Assembly (NCBI GenBank): GCA_963790475.1
Contig: CAWBOS010000013.1
Span: 416,001-480,000 of the forward strand
From: an uncultured delta proteobacterium
Lineage (GTDB): Bacteria; Desulfobacterota; RBG-13-43-22
Length of the DNA stretch: 64,000 nt
Direction of reading: 5' to 3'
Below are positions 33,882 through 44,020 of this stretch, piece after piece; positions within the stretch are counted from its first letter, which is position 1, and the number at the start of each line of letters is the position of its first letter. The notes under the pieces were generated by a model, which saw only the letters and a list, made by a program, of their open reading frames with translations, searched no databases and was not told the DNA's origin. The position numbers and the translations under genes were made by a program.

Positions 33882-34577
33882 TCAGCCTTGGTGACTTAGG
33901 GTTTGAAGAAAATATTCGATCGCTTGGTTGACCTCCTGGGGTTTTTCGGCGAATACCATATGGGTGCCTCCCTTAATGATAACCACCTTGGCATCAGGCA
34001 TGTGGTCGGCCAGATATTGAGAATATTTAGGCGGGGTCATTACATCCTGATCCCCGCACAGGGCCAGGGTGGGAACATTGATTTGAGCAATTTGGTCCAT
34101 GATGTCGAATCGATCGCAGGCCTTCATATCGTTGAGCGCTGCGGCCGGTCCGTTTTCCGCCAACCGGCGTTTGAGAACCGAGGCCAATTCAGGGTCGATA
34201 TAGTCAAAGGCGGTATTCATTGGGTTTTCAGACCCGGAATCTTTAGTTGCCTTTTCAAGCGCTTCCAGGAACAGGGGATGGACCCGGAGCCGCCCCCCGC
34301 TGCCTACGGTTATTATACCCGCCAAATCCTGCGGATACTTTAAGGCATACAACAAGGCGATCCCCCCGCCCAGGGAATGTCCCACCAGGACGACCTGCCG
34401 ATATCCCGCCTCCTGAACAGTCTTATGAAGCCACTCGACATAGCCTTCTATGGTCGGGTATAATTTTCCAAGGGGATGGCCCGGAAGGTCCAGGGCAATG
34501 CTGCCCTTGAAGTATCGGGTCTGGTAAAACCATGATTCTTTACTGCCACCCCCACCATGAATAAATATCAGTTGCAT
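33882..34577 (-). CDS. Alpha/beta fold hydrolase
   Basis: FIHGGGG, DLPGH, GHSLGG nucleophile elbow, G..D, TH. Confidence 0.9.
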   Translation of the reverse strand: MQLIFIHGGGGSKESWFYQTRYFKGSIALDLPGHPLGKLYPTIEGYVEWLHKTVQEAGYRQVVLVGHSLGGGIALLYALKYPQDLAGIITVGSGGRLRVHPLFLEALEKATKDSGSENPMNTAFDYIDPELASVLKRRLAENGPAAALNDMKACDRFDIMDQIAQINVPTLALCGDQDVMTPPKYSQYLADHMPDAKVVIIKGGTHMVFAEKPQEVNQAIEYFLQTLSHQG

Positions 34578-34635
34578 AAAAATTTTCTCCTGTTTTTCTC
34601 ACCCTTCGGCTTTCATCGGCCTGAGATTATTATGG

Positions 34636-35508
34636 CTATTCCCACCTGACCTTGATCGGTTGTCCGAGGCACGGTTTTCAGGAATTTAAACTTGGGGTAA
34701 CCCAGGATCAGGGTATCAAAGACCTTATGATCGGGCGGAAGATTAAGTTCCTCCCTTAAGGGGGGATAATATTCTGCGGCCACTTCCAGCAACCCTATGT
34801 AGCAGGATTCCAAGCCCATGGTTCGGGCGGTCAGGGCCATGGTGTGAGCGACCAAGACCGCGTTGTCTTTAGGGGCACTGGTAGGGGCAATGGAATGAAA
34901 GATCATCAGGACGGGCGCTTTATGAAATATCGGGTCCCGTCCCGATTCTTTGTCTTTAGTCATCCTTTCACCAAGACCGAGCGAACGATAGGTCATCTGA
35001 TAATCCAGGGTATCCTGCTTGTCCTTCCGACTCCAGCCTGGAGATTTTATTCTTTACCCGTTCCCCGATCCAGATAAAATAATCGATGGCCAAATCCGAT
35101 AATTTCGAGATCTTCACCGGGTCAGTGTAAACGAAGACCTCCACATTCTGGACATTGCTTCCCGTCGGCGCCCAGCGGCCGGCTTCCATCAGAAGTTCGA
35201 GGTCTTTTCGGGGGACCTTTTTATCCAGAAAATGCCTGTGGCTTCGACGTTCCTTCAGAAAAGTCTATAAACGTCGCTGTTTCAAAATTAACCCCCCGGT
35301 CGATTTCCACAAAATCATTGCTCTTCAATTTCGAATGGGTGATGGCCCCGGTCGGGCAAAGGGAGACGCAGTGGCCGCAGAGGATGCATTTCTCCTCATT
35401 GGAATCGGTCAGGATTTCCCCTTCATGGTCGGTGAAACACCTGGGACATCGGGTGGCGCAGATGGCGCATCCCGTACATTTTTCTTCATCGATCATAACC
35501 CAGCTCAT
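34636..35508 (-). pseudogene. Nitroreductase with N-terminal 2x[4Fe-4S] ferredoxin domain, three apparent frameshifts
   Basis: CTGCAICATRC and CILCGHCVSLCP, then ERRSHR.F, WAPTGSNVQ, GLESCYIG, LGYP and QPIKVRWE-stop across successive frames. Confidence 0.82.
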
Positions 35509-35576
35509 ATCTGCTCCCCATTAGCAATTTATTTTTTTCAATATTGACAAAAGAGCCAAGAACTCAGACGAGTTAG

Positions 35577-35634
35577 ACGGTACAAGGTCTAAGGTGCACG
35601 GCATATGGTTTTTTCTTGAACCTTAAACCCTTAT
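35577..35634. repeat. Heptamer inverted-arm cassette (AGGT type)
   Basis: cggtaca-aggtcta-aggtgca-cggcata ... cttgaac-cttaaac. Confidence 0.6.
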
Positions 35635-36200
35635 CCCAACCCAATCTCCTCGGCCACTTCCCGCATGCCCAGGATCACATCCTGAATGAGTTCCTCCAAA
35701 CCAACCCCCAGCATTTGCAGGCCTTTTTCAATGACTTCCCGGTTGACCCCGGCGGCGAAATTTTTCTGTTTCCATTTCTTCAAAACCGATTTGGCCTCCA
35801 GATCCAGCACACTTCTGGAAGGACGGACCAAAGCGGCGGCCGTTACCAGTCCGGTTAATTCATCAATGGTATACAAATATTTTTCCAATTCCGTTTTCGG
35901 TTCCACATCGTTGCATAAGCCCCACCCATGAGAGATCACCGCCCGGATATAATCTTCCGGCCAGCCCTGTTCCTCCAGAATGGTTTTGGTTTTATGACAA
36001 TGTTGTTCGGGAAATTTTTCGTAATCCAGATCGTGGATCAGGCCGATGATCCCCCAGAGCTCTTCATCTGCGCCCCTTTTGCGGGCCAAAAAACGCATGA
36101 CCGCTTCCACGGCCAGGGCATGATGGATCAAGGCCTCATTTTGGTTGTATTGTCCGAGTAGAGCCAGGGCCTCATCCCTGGTAGGGGAGTTAGGATTCAT
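35631..36200 (-). CDS. HD/HDIG-domain hydrolase
   Basis: H..AVEA.M, GLIHDLDYE, AVISH, DELTGL. Confidence 0.85.
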   Translation of the reverse strand: MNPNSPTRDEALALLGQYNQNEALIHHALAVEAVMRFLARKRGADEELWGIIGLIHDLDYEKFPEQHCHKTKTILEEQGWPEDYIRAVISHGWGLCNDVEPKTELEKYLYTIDELTGLVTAAALVRPSRSVLDLEAKSVLKKWKQKNFAAGVNREVIEKGLQMLGVGLEELIQDVILGMREVAEEIGLG

Positions 36201-36325
36201 CCTTTCGGTCCTTTCGTGCGAAAACATAAATATCGAACGTTAAACATAAGGTGGTAATGTCCAATACCTTCAGGCCCTGAAGGGGTCCGGCCATTAGCAA
36301 CACTCCTTTTTTCTTTCAAAAAAGC

Positions 36326-37330
36326 TTATATGGAAATCCCGAATTTCTTTTCCAGGCGACTCAGGTTTCCCCGGTCTCCCAGGGCGACCAATATGTCCCC
36401 CACCTGAATCTTGGCCTGAGGAGAAGGATTAAAAATCATCTCCCCGGTTCCTTTTTTGATGGCCACCACAATCAGGTCAAAATCTTTACGAATGGCCGAT
36501 TCCATCAGGGTGAGGTCTTTGATTTCCGATTGTTTCCCAACCATCAATTCTTCCATCTGCAGATCAAGACTGCGATTGTGCATGGCCAGTTCAATGAAGT
36601 CAATGACGGTCGGCCGCAGGATGGTGTTGGCCATACTGCGGGCCCCGATGTCATAAGGGGAGACGACCTTGTCGGCCCCGGCCCGGGTCAATTTTATAAT
36701 CGAAGATTCTTCCGCAGCCCGGGCCAAAATAAATAATCCGGGGTTTAATCCCCGGGCCGTCAAGGTAATATAAACATTATCCGCATCAGACGAGGCTGCC
36801 GCCACCAGCCCCTTGGCCCTTAGAATACCCGCCTTGAGCAGAAATTCTTCCGAGGTGGCCTCTCCCAGGACATATAGAATATTTTTTTCCTGAAAAAGGG
36901 GGATGCATCCGGGGTCTTTTTCAATAACAACCACTTCTATCGGTTTCTCCCTCAGGAGCTGGCTTACGGTCCGGCCTATACGGCCGAAGCCGCAAACAAT
37001 ATAGTGCCCTTCGATTTGGTTGATCTTTTTTTCCAACTTCCTCCTCCCAAAGACATCTTTCAGAGTTCCCTCGATCATCATCCCGGTGATACTGCTTAGG
37101 AAATATAAGATAAATCCCACTCCGAAGACGATCAGGAACATGGTAAAAATTTTTCCGGCCCGGCTTAAGGGGTGGACTTCCTGAAACCCCACCGTAGTGA
37201 CGGTTATGACCGTCATATACAAGGCCTCCAGCATATCCCAGCCCTCGATGACGATAAACCCGATACAGCCCCCGATAAGGATTAAGAAAAAAATGAAAAG
37301 GTCAAGAATAAAATGGGTAGTGAATCTCAT
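36326..37330 (-). CDS. Potassium channel protein with TrkA-N/TrkA-C (RCK) domains
   Basis: TVTTVGF filter-like motif, VCGFGRIG, RAGADKVVSP. Confidence 0.9.
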   Translation of the reverse strand: MRFTTHFILDLFIFFLILIGGCIGFIVIEGWDMLEALYMTVITVTTVGFQEVHPLSRAGKIFTMFLIVFGVGFILYFLSSITGMMIEGTLKDVFGRRKLEKKINQIEGHYIVCGFGRIGRTVSQLLREKPIEVVVIEKDPGCIPLFQEKNILYVLGEATSEEFLLKAGILRAKGLVAAASSDADNVYITLTARGLNPGLFILARAAEESSIIKLTRAGADKVVSPYDIGARSMANTILRPTVIDFIELAMHNRSLDLQMEELMVGKQSEIKDLTLMESAIRKDFDLIVVAIKKGTGEMIFNPSPQAKIQVGDILVALGDRGNLSRLEKKFGISI

Positions 37331-38128
37331 CTAACCTAAAAATAAGGTGCGGTAAGCGGTAGATTGAACCTTTTGGGAACCGACTACCTCAATGGAGACC
37401 TGGGTTGAACCAGGGGGCAGCGGCGGAAAAATGATCATAAAGGGAAGCGTTTTCCCAGGTAAGATTCGGTTATTCATTGAAAACCGGTCGGGTTGAGCCG
37501 TTTGAAGCCGACTGATTTCTTCAATGGAAAGGGTATCCAATTCTTCAGAGGTCAGAGTCCACCCGGCATAGACATCACGATTTAAAGCAACTTTATTTCC
37601 GGCCTTCATTAACGAGGCGCGAATTTTAATCTTTTCTCGAATGGTGGGATAACCGTTTTTGATATCCCCTTCGATGACCAAAAATTGGCCTATTTTTTCA
37701 GTCTCTTTAAAATATTTTTTGATGTTGATCAGACTTATTTTTTGGTTTCCTTCCGGGTCCACGGGGAGAAAAAAGACCTTGGACCAGGTATCGGCCATAC
37801 TCCAATTAGGGTGGCGATACTGGACGTAGAAAAAACGGGCGGTCAAGGCTATCAGAATTAACACTCCAACGGTTACCAAAGTCCAAAGGATTCTTCTGGG
37901 CGGCCGCATTTGCAGGGCCGCCTCTTCCACTTCTTCTGAAAAGGGAAGTAATGACTCAGGGTTGGGAATCGATTTCTGGAGGGCGGGGGCTTCTGAAATG
38001 GAAAAAGAAGGGGGTTCAACCCAAAAAACATGGCCGCAACGGGTGCAGCGAACCTTGGACCCAAACGGTTCAATGTGCTTTTGATCTAAGTGATAGGTGG
38101 TAGCACAATTCTCACAGCGGATTATCAA
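37331..38128 (-). CDS. Zinc-ribbon (MJ0042-type) membrane protein, DUF3426-like
   Basis: CENC...KVRCTRCGHVF, one transmembrane helix, PG...PF.I.F C-terminus. Confidence 0.75.
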   Translation of the reverse strand: MIIRCENCATTYHLDQKHIEPFGSKVRCTRCGHVFWVEPPSFSISEAPALQKSIPNPESLLPFSEEVEEAALQMRPPRRILWTLVTVGVLILIALTARFFYVQYRHPNWSMADTWSKVFFLPVDPEGNQKISLINIKKYFKETEKIGQFLVIEGDIKNGYPTIREKIKIRASLMKAGNKVALNRDVYAGWTLTSEELDTLSIEEISRLQTAQPDRFSMNNRILPGKTLPFMIIFPPLPPGSTQVSIEVVGSQKVQSTAYRTLFLG

Positions 38129-38163
38129 GGGGGACTCCTTCTTTAATTGAAAATAGCCACAGA

Positions 38164-38691
38164 TTAAAAATGCAGATGATAAAGCCCCGGGAGGTGTCGA
38201 TATTGTTCATCAAAGTCCAACCCGTAACCGACAATAAATCCTTTGGGGATCGAAAACCCGCAATAATCGACAGTGATCGGGACTTCCCTCCGCTCGGTTT
38301 TGTCAATCAAGGCACAAATACGAACCGATTTGGGATTTTCTTTGTTCAGGAATTCTTGAAGGAACTTCAGGGTCAGCCCGCTGTCTACGATGTCTTCGAC
38401 CACCAGAATGTGTTTATCTCTGATCGGGAGTTCAATGGCTTTGGTAAAGCGAATTTTCCCCTGTCTTTTACTCTGGCTGCCGTAGCTGGCCAGACGGACA
38501 AAATCAAGTTTAACGGGGATGGAGAGATTTCTGGCCAGATCGGCCATGAACACAAAGGCCCCTTTCAAAACCCCGATCAGGATCAACTCCTCCTTTTCGT
38601 AATCTTTTGAAATAGAGCCGGCCAGTTCTTTGACCCTTTTCTGTATCTCTCTCTGGGAGTATAGCCGTTCTTTTTTGGCTGGAAATGGCAT
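38164..38691 (-). CDS. hpt: Hypoxanthine phosphoribosyltransferase
   Basis: GVLKGA..F, VVEDIVDSGLTL, FIVGYGLD. Confidence 0.96.
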   Translation of the reverse strand: MPFPAKKERLYSQREIQKRVKELAGSISKDYEKEELILIGVLKGAFVFMADLARNLSIPVKLDFVRLASYGSQSKRQGKIRFTKAIELPIRDKHILVVEDIVDSGLTLKFLQEFLNKENPKSVRICALIDKTERREVPITVDYCGFSIPKGFIVGYGLDFDEQYRHLPGLYHLHF

Positions 38692-38966
38692 GGCTTTTCT
38701 TCCTTTTTCGAAAAAACATAGTCCAAAGATTTAAAAAAGTCAATGATCACTGATCGTTTTTTCTTGAAATGCGAAAAATTTACCCTTATATATGATGGAC
38801 TCGTAAAAATTAGACCTGCCCATTATCCCTGCTGCCTGGGCCTGACTTACGGTTTGGTTTATCTGCCGGGAGCGAGGGATCGGATTGGATGAAAAAAAAT
38901 AGGTTTTCAAAAAACTTTTTAAATCTCAATCATAAATAACATAGCCTCTTCAAGGAGACCATTTCT

Positions 38967-39908
38967 ATGAATTCTTACGCCTTTTTGTTTCCCGGGCAGG
39001 CCTCCCAGTATGTTGGAATGGGAAAAGATATCCACGACTTGTATCCTTCGGCCCGGGAAATATTTGACAAAGCGGAAGACCTGACCGGAATGCCTTTGAG
39101 AAAATTATGTTTTGAAGGACCGATGGAAGATCTAACGCTGACCGCCAACTTACAACCGGCCGTAACCACAGTTAATCTGGCGGTTCTGGCCTGCCTGGAA
39201 GAAAAAGGGGTGAAACCGGGTTGGGTGGCCGGACACAGCCTGGGAGAATATTCGGCCCTATATGCCGCCGGGGTGCTTAGCCTGGAGGATACCTTAAGGC
39301 TGGTCAAGACCCGGGGGGCCTTAATGGATCAGGCGGCCCGGAAAAACCCCGGGGCAATGGCCGCGATTATGGGCCTGGCTCCTGAAACGTTGAAGAAAAT
39401 TCTTCTGGTACTGGGACAGGAAGGGGCCATTGGAGCCGCCAATTATAATACCCCGGACCAGACCGTCATCTCCGGAACAAAGGCACTGATAGACAAAGCC
39501 TCCCAACAAGTGACCCAGGCCGGCGGCAAGGCCGTTCCTCTGGCGGTCAGCGGGGCCTGGCACAGCCCTTTGATGGAGGAAGCCTTGGAAGGTTTTAAGA
39601 AAGTCCTTGCTTCCGTTCAATTTAATTCTCCAATCTGTTCCCTATTGTTAAATGTGACCGGAAAACCGGAAAATGACCCTTTGAAGATAAAAGAAATCAT
39701 GAGTCAACAAATCGGACAGTCGGTTCGTTGGACAGAAGTTATTAATAACCTGATGACCCAAGGGGTATCCCGTTTTGTCGAGGTGGGTCCCAAAAAAGTT
39801 TTGCTCGGTTTAGTGCGAAAATCCCTGCCCAAGGATTATCCTTATCAGGCCTATAATGTGGAAGACCTGAAATCCTTGGATGCTTTTTTAGCCGCCGAAA
39901 AAAATTAG
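38967..39908 (+). CDS. fabD: Malonyl-CoA:ACP transacylase
   Basis: FPGQASQ, GHSLGEY, VSGAWHS, EVGP. Confidence 0.95.
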   Translation: MNSYAFLFPGQASQYVGMGKDIHDLYPSAREIFDKAEDLTGMPLRKLCFEGPMEDLTLTANLQPAVTTVNLAVLACLEEKGVKPGWVAGHSLGEYSALYAAGVLSLEDTLRLVKTRGALMDQAARKNPGAMAAIMGLAPETLKKILLVLGQEGAIGAANYNTPDQTVISGTKALIDKASQQVTQAGGKAVPLAVSGAWHSPLMEEALEGFKKVLASVQFNSPICSLLLNVTGKPENDPLKIKEIMSQQIGQSVRWTEVINNLMTQGVSRFVEVGPKKVLLGLVRKSLPKDYPYQAYNVEDLKSLDAFLAAEKN

Positions 39909-40069
39909 ATAAGCGATAAAACGTTAGGTGTTTGAAAAGTTCTTGTTCACCGCAAAGCTTGCTATATTTTAGAAAGTAGTTAAGCCGTACAAAAAAGGCT
40001 ATACTCTTTCTTGATTTGAGGTCCAATTTGCAAGTTGGTTAAACCCAAACCAAGGAAAGGAGTATAGCC

Positions 40070-41329
40070 ATGAATAAGATTGAAACAAAAAAACTTAAGA
40101 AGGTCAATGAAAAAACCCTTATCGGTACCGTGGACATAGGCAAAACGACCAATATGGGATATGGCCGCTGTCCAGACCGGACGGAAATCAAACCTTTTGA
40201 GTTTTTCAATAATGATCAAGGATTTACGAAATTTTGGAATCGGATGGTTGAGGCCAAAGAGGCCAATCACTTGGAAGAAATCGTGGTTGGTTTTGAATCC
40301 ACCGGGTCTTATGGAGAACCCTTGCAACATTTTCTGATGAAACGGCCGGTGACACTGGTTCAGGTTAATCCTATGCATACGAAGAAGTTGAAGGAAGTCC
40401 AGGGTAACTCGCCCAATAAGACGGATAGGAAAGATCCCAAAGTCATTGCGGATATTATTGAGCTGGGTCATGCCCTTACCGTGGTCATTCCCGAAGGCGC
40501 GGCAGCTGAACTTCGCCGACTGACCCATGCCAGGGAGAGAGCCATACGAAGACGAACGGGCCTTTTGAACCAGATTCAGGATTTGGTCTTTATTGTCTTC
40601 CCCGAGTTTCTGCAAGTGATGAAGAATATTAAAACCCGCAGTGCCCAATATCTGTTGCGGCATTATCCGTGCCCGGAAGATATTATCCAATGTGGTCTTG
40701 GGACCTTGAGGGCCACGCTGAGACGGGTTAGCCGAGGGAAGCTGGATAAAGAGCGAGCCCCGGCCCTTTATGCGGCCGCTGGCCATTCCGTAGGTCTTCA
40801 AGAAGGCCGCAAGGCGATTCTTTTTGAGATACGAGAACTTCTTTCTGAGATTGAATCTTCTGACCAGTTTATTGAGAAGGCGGAACAGGAGATGGCGGCC
40901 CTTCTTCCCGAGATCCCCTATAGTCATTCGATTCTGTCCTTGAAAGGGATAGGAGAGGTTACCACCGCCGGACTGATTGGAGAAGTCGGGGATTTTCGTA
41001 AATTTCATACGCTGGCTGAAGTCCTGAAGTTGGCCGGACTGAACCTCTTTGAAATCAGTTCTGGAAGGCACCAAGGGAATCGTCATATATCCAAAAGAGG
41101 CCGGTCGCTTCTTAGGAAAATCCTCTTTTTTGCCGCTATCAATACGGTTCGAAAAGGGGGAGTGATGCATACGGCCTATCAAAGGCATCTGGATCAAGGA
41201 ATGCCCAAGATCAAGGCCCTGGTAGCCATTGCCCGGAAGCTTCTCGGTGTTATTTTTGCCTTGGTGCGTGATCATAACGAATATATGGAAAATTATTCAA
41301 AAGGAGCAACGTTAAAACTGGCTGCTTAG
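40070..41329 (+). CDS. IS110-family transposase/recombinase
   Basis: DEDD RuvC-like motifs (VDIGK, FESTG, KTDRKD), LKGIG HhH, SSG serine motif, ISKRG, VAIARKL. Confidence 0.95.
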   Translation: MNKIETKKLKKVNEKTLIGTVDIGKTTNMGYGRCPDRTEIKPFEFFNNDQGFTKFWNRMVEAKEANHLEEIVVGFESTGSYGEPLQHFLMKRPVTLVQVNPMHTKKLKEVQGNSPNKTDRKDPKVIADIIELGHALTVVIPEGAAAELRRLTHARERAIRRRTGLLNQIQDLVFIVFPEFLQVMKNIKTRSAQYLLRHYPCPEDIIQCGLGTLRATLRRVSRGKLDKERAPALYAAAGHSVGLQEGRKAILFEIRELLSEIESSDQFIEKAEQEMAALLPEIPYSHSILSLKGIGEVTTAGLIGEVGDFRKFHTLAEVLKLAGLNLFEISSGRHQGNRHISKRGRSLLRKILFFAAINTVRKGGVMHTAYQRHLDQGMPKIKALVAIARKLLGVIFALVRDHNEYMENYSKGATLKLAA

Positions 41330-41340
41330 ACCTTCTTAGC

Positions 41341-41485
41341 GTGTAAGCGGAGAGATTATCGTTTGCGGCATCTAAGGCGACTAAGTCGACCTTCTCGCAG
41401 AGCTTAAATAACTCTCCGCTTGCACCTTAACCCCAATAAAGCAAGGTTAGAGCTCTGTTGAGACTCTCAAATTACCAGAGTTGGG
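41341..41485 (+). ncRNA. Putative bridge/seek RNA of the IS110
   Basis: 14-bp stem 41341-54/41412-25 around an internal loop with CT/AG; second stem CCCAAT/GTTGGG enclosing AGCAAG and ACCAG, which match the element's two ends. Confidence 0.65.
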
Positions 41486-41813
41486 CAAGGTGTCACTCTA
41501 AGATAGTTACCAGTTTGTTTAATAATATTTAAAAAACTCTTGACAACAATAAACCAGACGCAAAGGACGCAGAGAGAATCATTTTTATTCAATCCCGTGA
41601 GAGGCGGGATTGAATAAACCTGCTCTGGCCTCCGGCAAATAAAAACCCGGAGGGTTGTGAAGCTTTTCGATTATCCCGCCAAGGCCAAGGCGGGAAATCG
41701 AAGTATTTCTTTGCGCTCTTTGCGCCTTTGCGGTGAAATCAGTCATTTCAAAAAGCTAAATTGATACGATAGCCGGAAATTCCGAAATCAGAAATAGATA
41801 GGGGATTTTTATT

Positions 41814-42017
41814 ATGACAAAAGTTATCTTCCAGGAAGAACGGTGCAAGGGGTGCGGACTGTGTGTCCTGGCCTGTCCAAAAAAAAATATAATTATCAGC
41901 GAAAAACTCAATAACCAGGGTTTTACCGTGGCCTCCATGACCGACGAAGAACGCTGTAATAGCTGCGCCCTTTGCGCTGAAATGTGCCCGGATGTGGTTA
42001 TTGAAGTCTGGAAATAG
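41814..42017 (+). CDS. 2x[4Fe-4S] ferredoxin subunit (delta) of 2-oxoacid oxidoreductase
   Basis: CKGCGLC..ACP and CNSCALCAEMCPD. Confidence 0.93.
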   Translation: MTKVIFQEERCKGCGLCVLACPKKNIIISEKLNNQGFTVASMTDEERCNSCALCAEMCPDVVIEVWK

Positions 42018-42022
42018 AATTT

Positions 42023-42098
42023 AGGCTGAAGGCTGAAGGTTGAAGGATTAAAAGAAAGCATTTTCTACTTTCAGCTATAAGCTATAAGCTATGAGCTA
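42023..42098. repeat. Heptamer cassette (AGGCTGA / AGCTATA) inside the oxidoreductase operon; related units at about 43190 and 43976-44008
   Basis: aggctga-aggctga-aggttga ... agctata-agctata-agctatg-agcta. Confidence 0.65.
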
Positions 42099-42113
42099 AT
42101 ATTAGGAGTTGTT

Positions 42114-43163
42114 ATGACAAAACCCAAAATGGAATTGGTGAATGGGAACGAGGCGATTGCCCGGGGGGCTTTAGCCGCCGGCTGCAAATTTTATTTCGGA
42201 TATCCCATTACCCCTCAAAATGAGATCCCCGAATATTTGTCCAAACATATGCCGGAGGTGGAGGGGACCTTTATTCAGGCCGAAAGTGAAATAGCCTCTA
42301 TCAATATGCTCCTGGGAGCCGGAGCTACCGGGGCCAGGGCCATGACCTCGTCTTCCAGTCCCGGAATTTCCTTAAAACAGGAAGGCATTTCTTATATGGC
42401 CGGGTGCGAGATTCCCGGAGTCATCGTCAACATGAGTCGCAGCGGCCCTGGATTAGGAGGCATTTCCCCATCTCAAGGGGATTATTTTCAGGCCACCCGG
42501 GGAGGAGGACACGGAGATTACCGGACTATCGTCCTGGCCCCTTTTTCCATCCAGGAAAATTATGATCTGACCATAACCGCCTTTGATCTGGCCGAAAAGT
42601 ATCGTAACCCGGTGATGGTTCTTGGAGATGCCCTGCTTGGCCAGATGAAGGAACCCATCCTCTTACGGCCCTACAAGCCCATGAAATTCGATAAGTCCTG
42701 GGCTTTGACCGGGGCCAAGGGGCGCAAACCCAGATTTTTAAAAAGCCTCTATTTGAACGAAGGGGACCTGACCCAACATAACTGGAAGTTATTCCAAAAA
42801 TATCAACAAATGAAGGCTGAAATTGCCTATGATACCTATCAAATTGAAGATGCCGATATGGTCGTGGTTTCGTTTGGGTCCGTGGCCCGGATCATCAAAT
42901 CTTCCATAAAGATGGCCCGGGATCAGGGGATGAAAATCGGGCTTTTTCGACCAATAACCTTATACCCTTATCCCGAAGACATGGTTAGGCAGCTATCCCA
43001 GAAAGTAAATCATTTTTTTGTGGTGGAATTAAATACCGGCCAGATGGTTGAGGACGTGAAGTTGTCGGTCGATAAAGGGGCCAGGGTGGATTTTTACGGC
43101 CGGCCTCCCGGCTCGATTCCCACCCCCAATGAACTGTTTGACGAGATCGGGAAGGTCTATTAG
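42114..43163 (+). CDS. 2-oxoacid:ferredoxin oxidoreductase alpha subunit (VorB-like)
   Basis: GNEAIA, GYPITPQNE, QAESE, TSSSSPG, R.GPGLG. Confidence 0.92.
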   Translation: MTKPKMELVNGNEAIARGALAAGCKFYFGYPITPQNEIPEYLSKHMPEVEGTFIQAESEIASINMLLGAGATGARAMTSSSSPGISLKQEGISYMAGCEIPGVIVNMSRSGPGLGGISPSQGDYFQATRGGGHGDYRTIVLAPFSIQENYDLTITAFDLAEKYRNPVMVLGDALLGQMKEPILLRPYKPMKFDKSWALTGAKGRKPRFLKSLYLNEGDLTQHNWKLFQKYQQMKAEIAYDTYQIEDADMVVVSFGSVARIIKSSIKMARDQGMKIGLFRPITLYPYPEDMVRQLSQKVNHFFVVELNTGQMVEDVKLSVDKGARVDFYGRPPGSIPTPNELFDEIGKVY

Positions 43164-43217
43164 CAAAATTTTGAAAAACCATTTTCTGCAAGCTGATCAG
43201 CTTGCCGGTGAGGATGT

Positions 43218-43967
43218 ATGAAACAGGTATTTACGCGTCCCAAGAGTTTGAAAGATGTTCCTTTTCATTTTTGTCCCGGATGCCATCATGGGATCATTCA
43301 TCGGCTGGTGGCCGAATGTATAGATGCCTATGATCTTCGGGAGAAGACCGTCTGCGCCGCTTCGGTGGGTTGTTCGGTCTTTATGTATGACTATTTTGAC
43401 ATCGATGTCTGTGAGTCCCCCCATGGACGGGCGGCGGCAGTGGCTACCGGGATAAAAAGGGCCTTGCCGGAATGCTTTGTGTTTACTTACCAGGGTGACG
43501 GAGACTTGGCCGCCCTGGGCCTTGCCGAAGGCATCCATGCTGCCAACCGCGGAGAAAACATCACCATCGTCTTTGTCAACAACACCGTTTATGGTATGAC
43601 CGGGGGACAGATGGCCCCGACCACGATGTTAGGACAGACTACGACTACTTCCCCTTTTGGCCGGGATTCCCGGAGGGAAGGATATCCAATCCGGATGGCT
43701 GAACTCCTGTCCATGACCGAGGGAACGGCCTTTTCCGCCCGGGTGGCCGTCAATACACCCAAGAATCTTATGCAGGCCAAGAAGGTCTTGAAAAAAGCCT
43801 TTGAGGTCCAGATCCGGAATCAGGGTTTTTCTTTTGTGGAATTTCTGTCCAGTTGTCCCACCAACTGGAAGATGACCGTGGAACAGGCCAACCAACGAAT
43901 CCACGACGAAATGATCCCCTATTTTCCCTTGGGGATTTATAAAGACAAGACGATAGCGGAACATTAA
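43218..43967 (+). CDS. 2-oxoacid:ferredoxin oxidoreductase beta (TPP-binding) subunit
   Basis: [21 protein letters not shown]. Confidence 0.93.
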   Translation: MKQVFTRPKSLKDVPFHFCPGCHHGIIHRLVAECIDAYDLREKTVCAASVGCSVFMYDYFDIDVCESPHGRAAAVATGIKRALPECFVFTYQGDGDLAALGLAEGIHAANRGENITIVFVNNTVYGMTGGQMAPTTMLGQTTTTSPFGRDSRREGYPIRMAELLSMTEGTAFSARVAVNTPKNLMQAKKVLKKAFEVQIRNQGFSFVEFLSSCPTNWKMTVEQANQRIHDEMIPYFPLGIYKDKTIAEH

Positions 43968-44020
43968 TATTTAAAGCCAAAAGCTGATCGCTGAAAGCTG
44001 ACTGCTATAGGAGTTTCATA

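Larger units (their letters stand above)
39958..41557 (+). mobile_element. Complete IS110-family insertion sequence (1600 bp) bounded by an AG core (39956-57 and 41556-57)
   Basis: Removing it restores the repeat arm TTCACCGCAAAGACGCAAAGGACGCAGAG; joining the ends gives TTGACA-N17-TATATT. Confidence 0.88.
39946..41737. repeat. Approximately 190-bp multi-hairpin element with 9-nt periodic inverted ends, interrupted by the IS110
   Basis: TTCACCGCAAAG|ACGCAAAGGACGCAGAGA ... TCTTTGCGCTCTTTGCGCCTTTGCGGTGAA with three internal palindromes. Confidence 0.8.

Noticed and set aside
34636-35508. Separate ferredoxin and two nitroreductase genes
   Set aside because: The pieces join into one ferredoxin-nitroreductase after three single-base corrections; likely indel errors.
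39980-41275. 431-aa antisense ORF opposite the IS110 transposase
   Set aside because: It shadows the recognisable transposase and has no motifs; treated as an antisense artefact.
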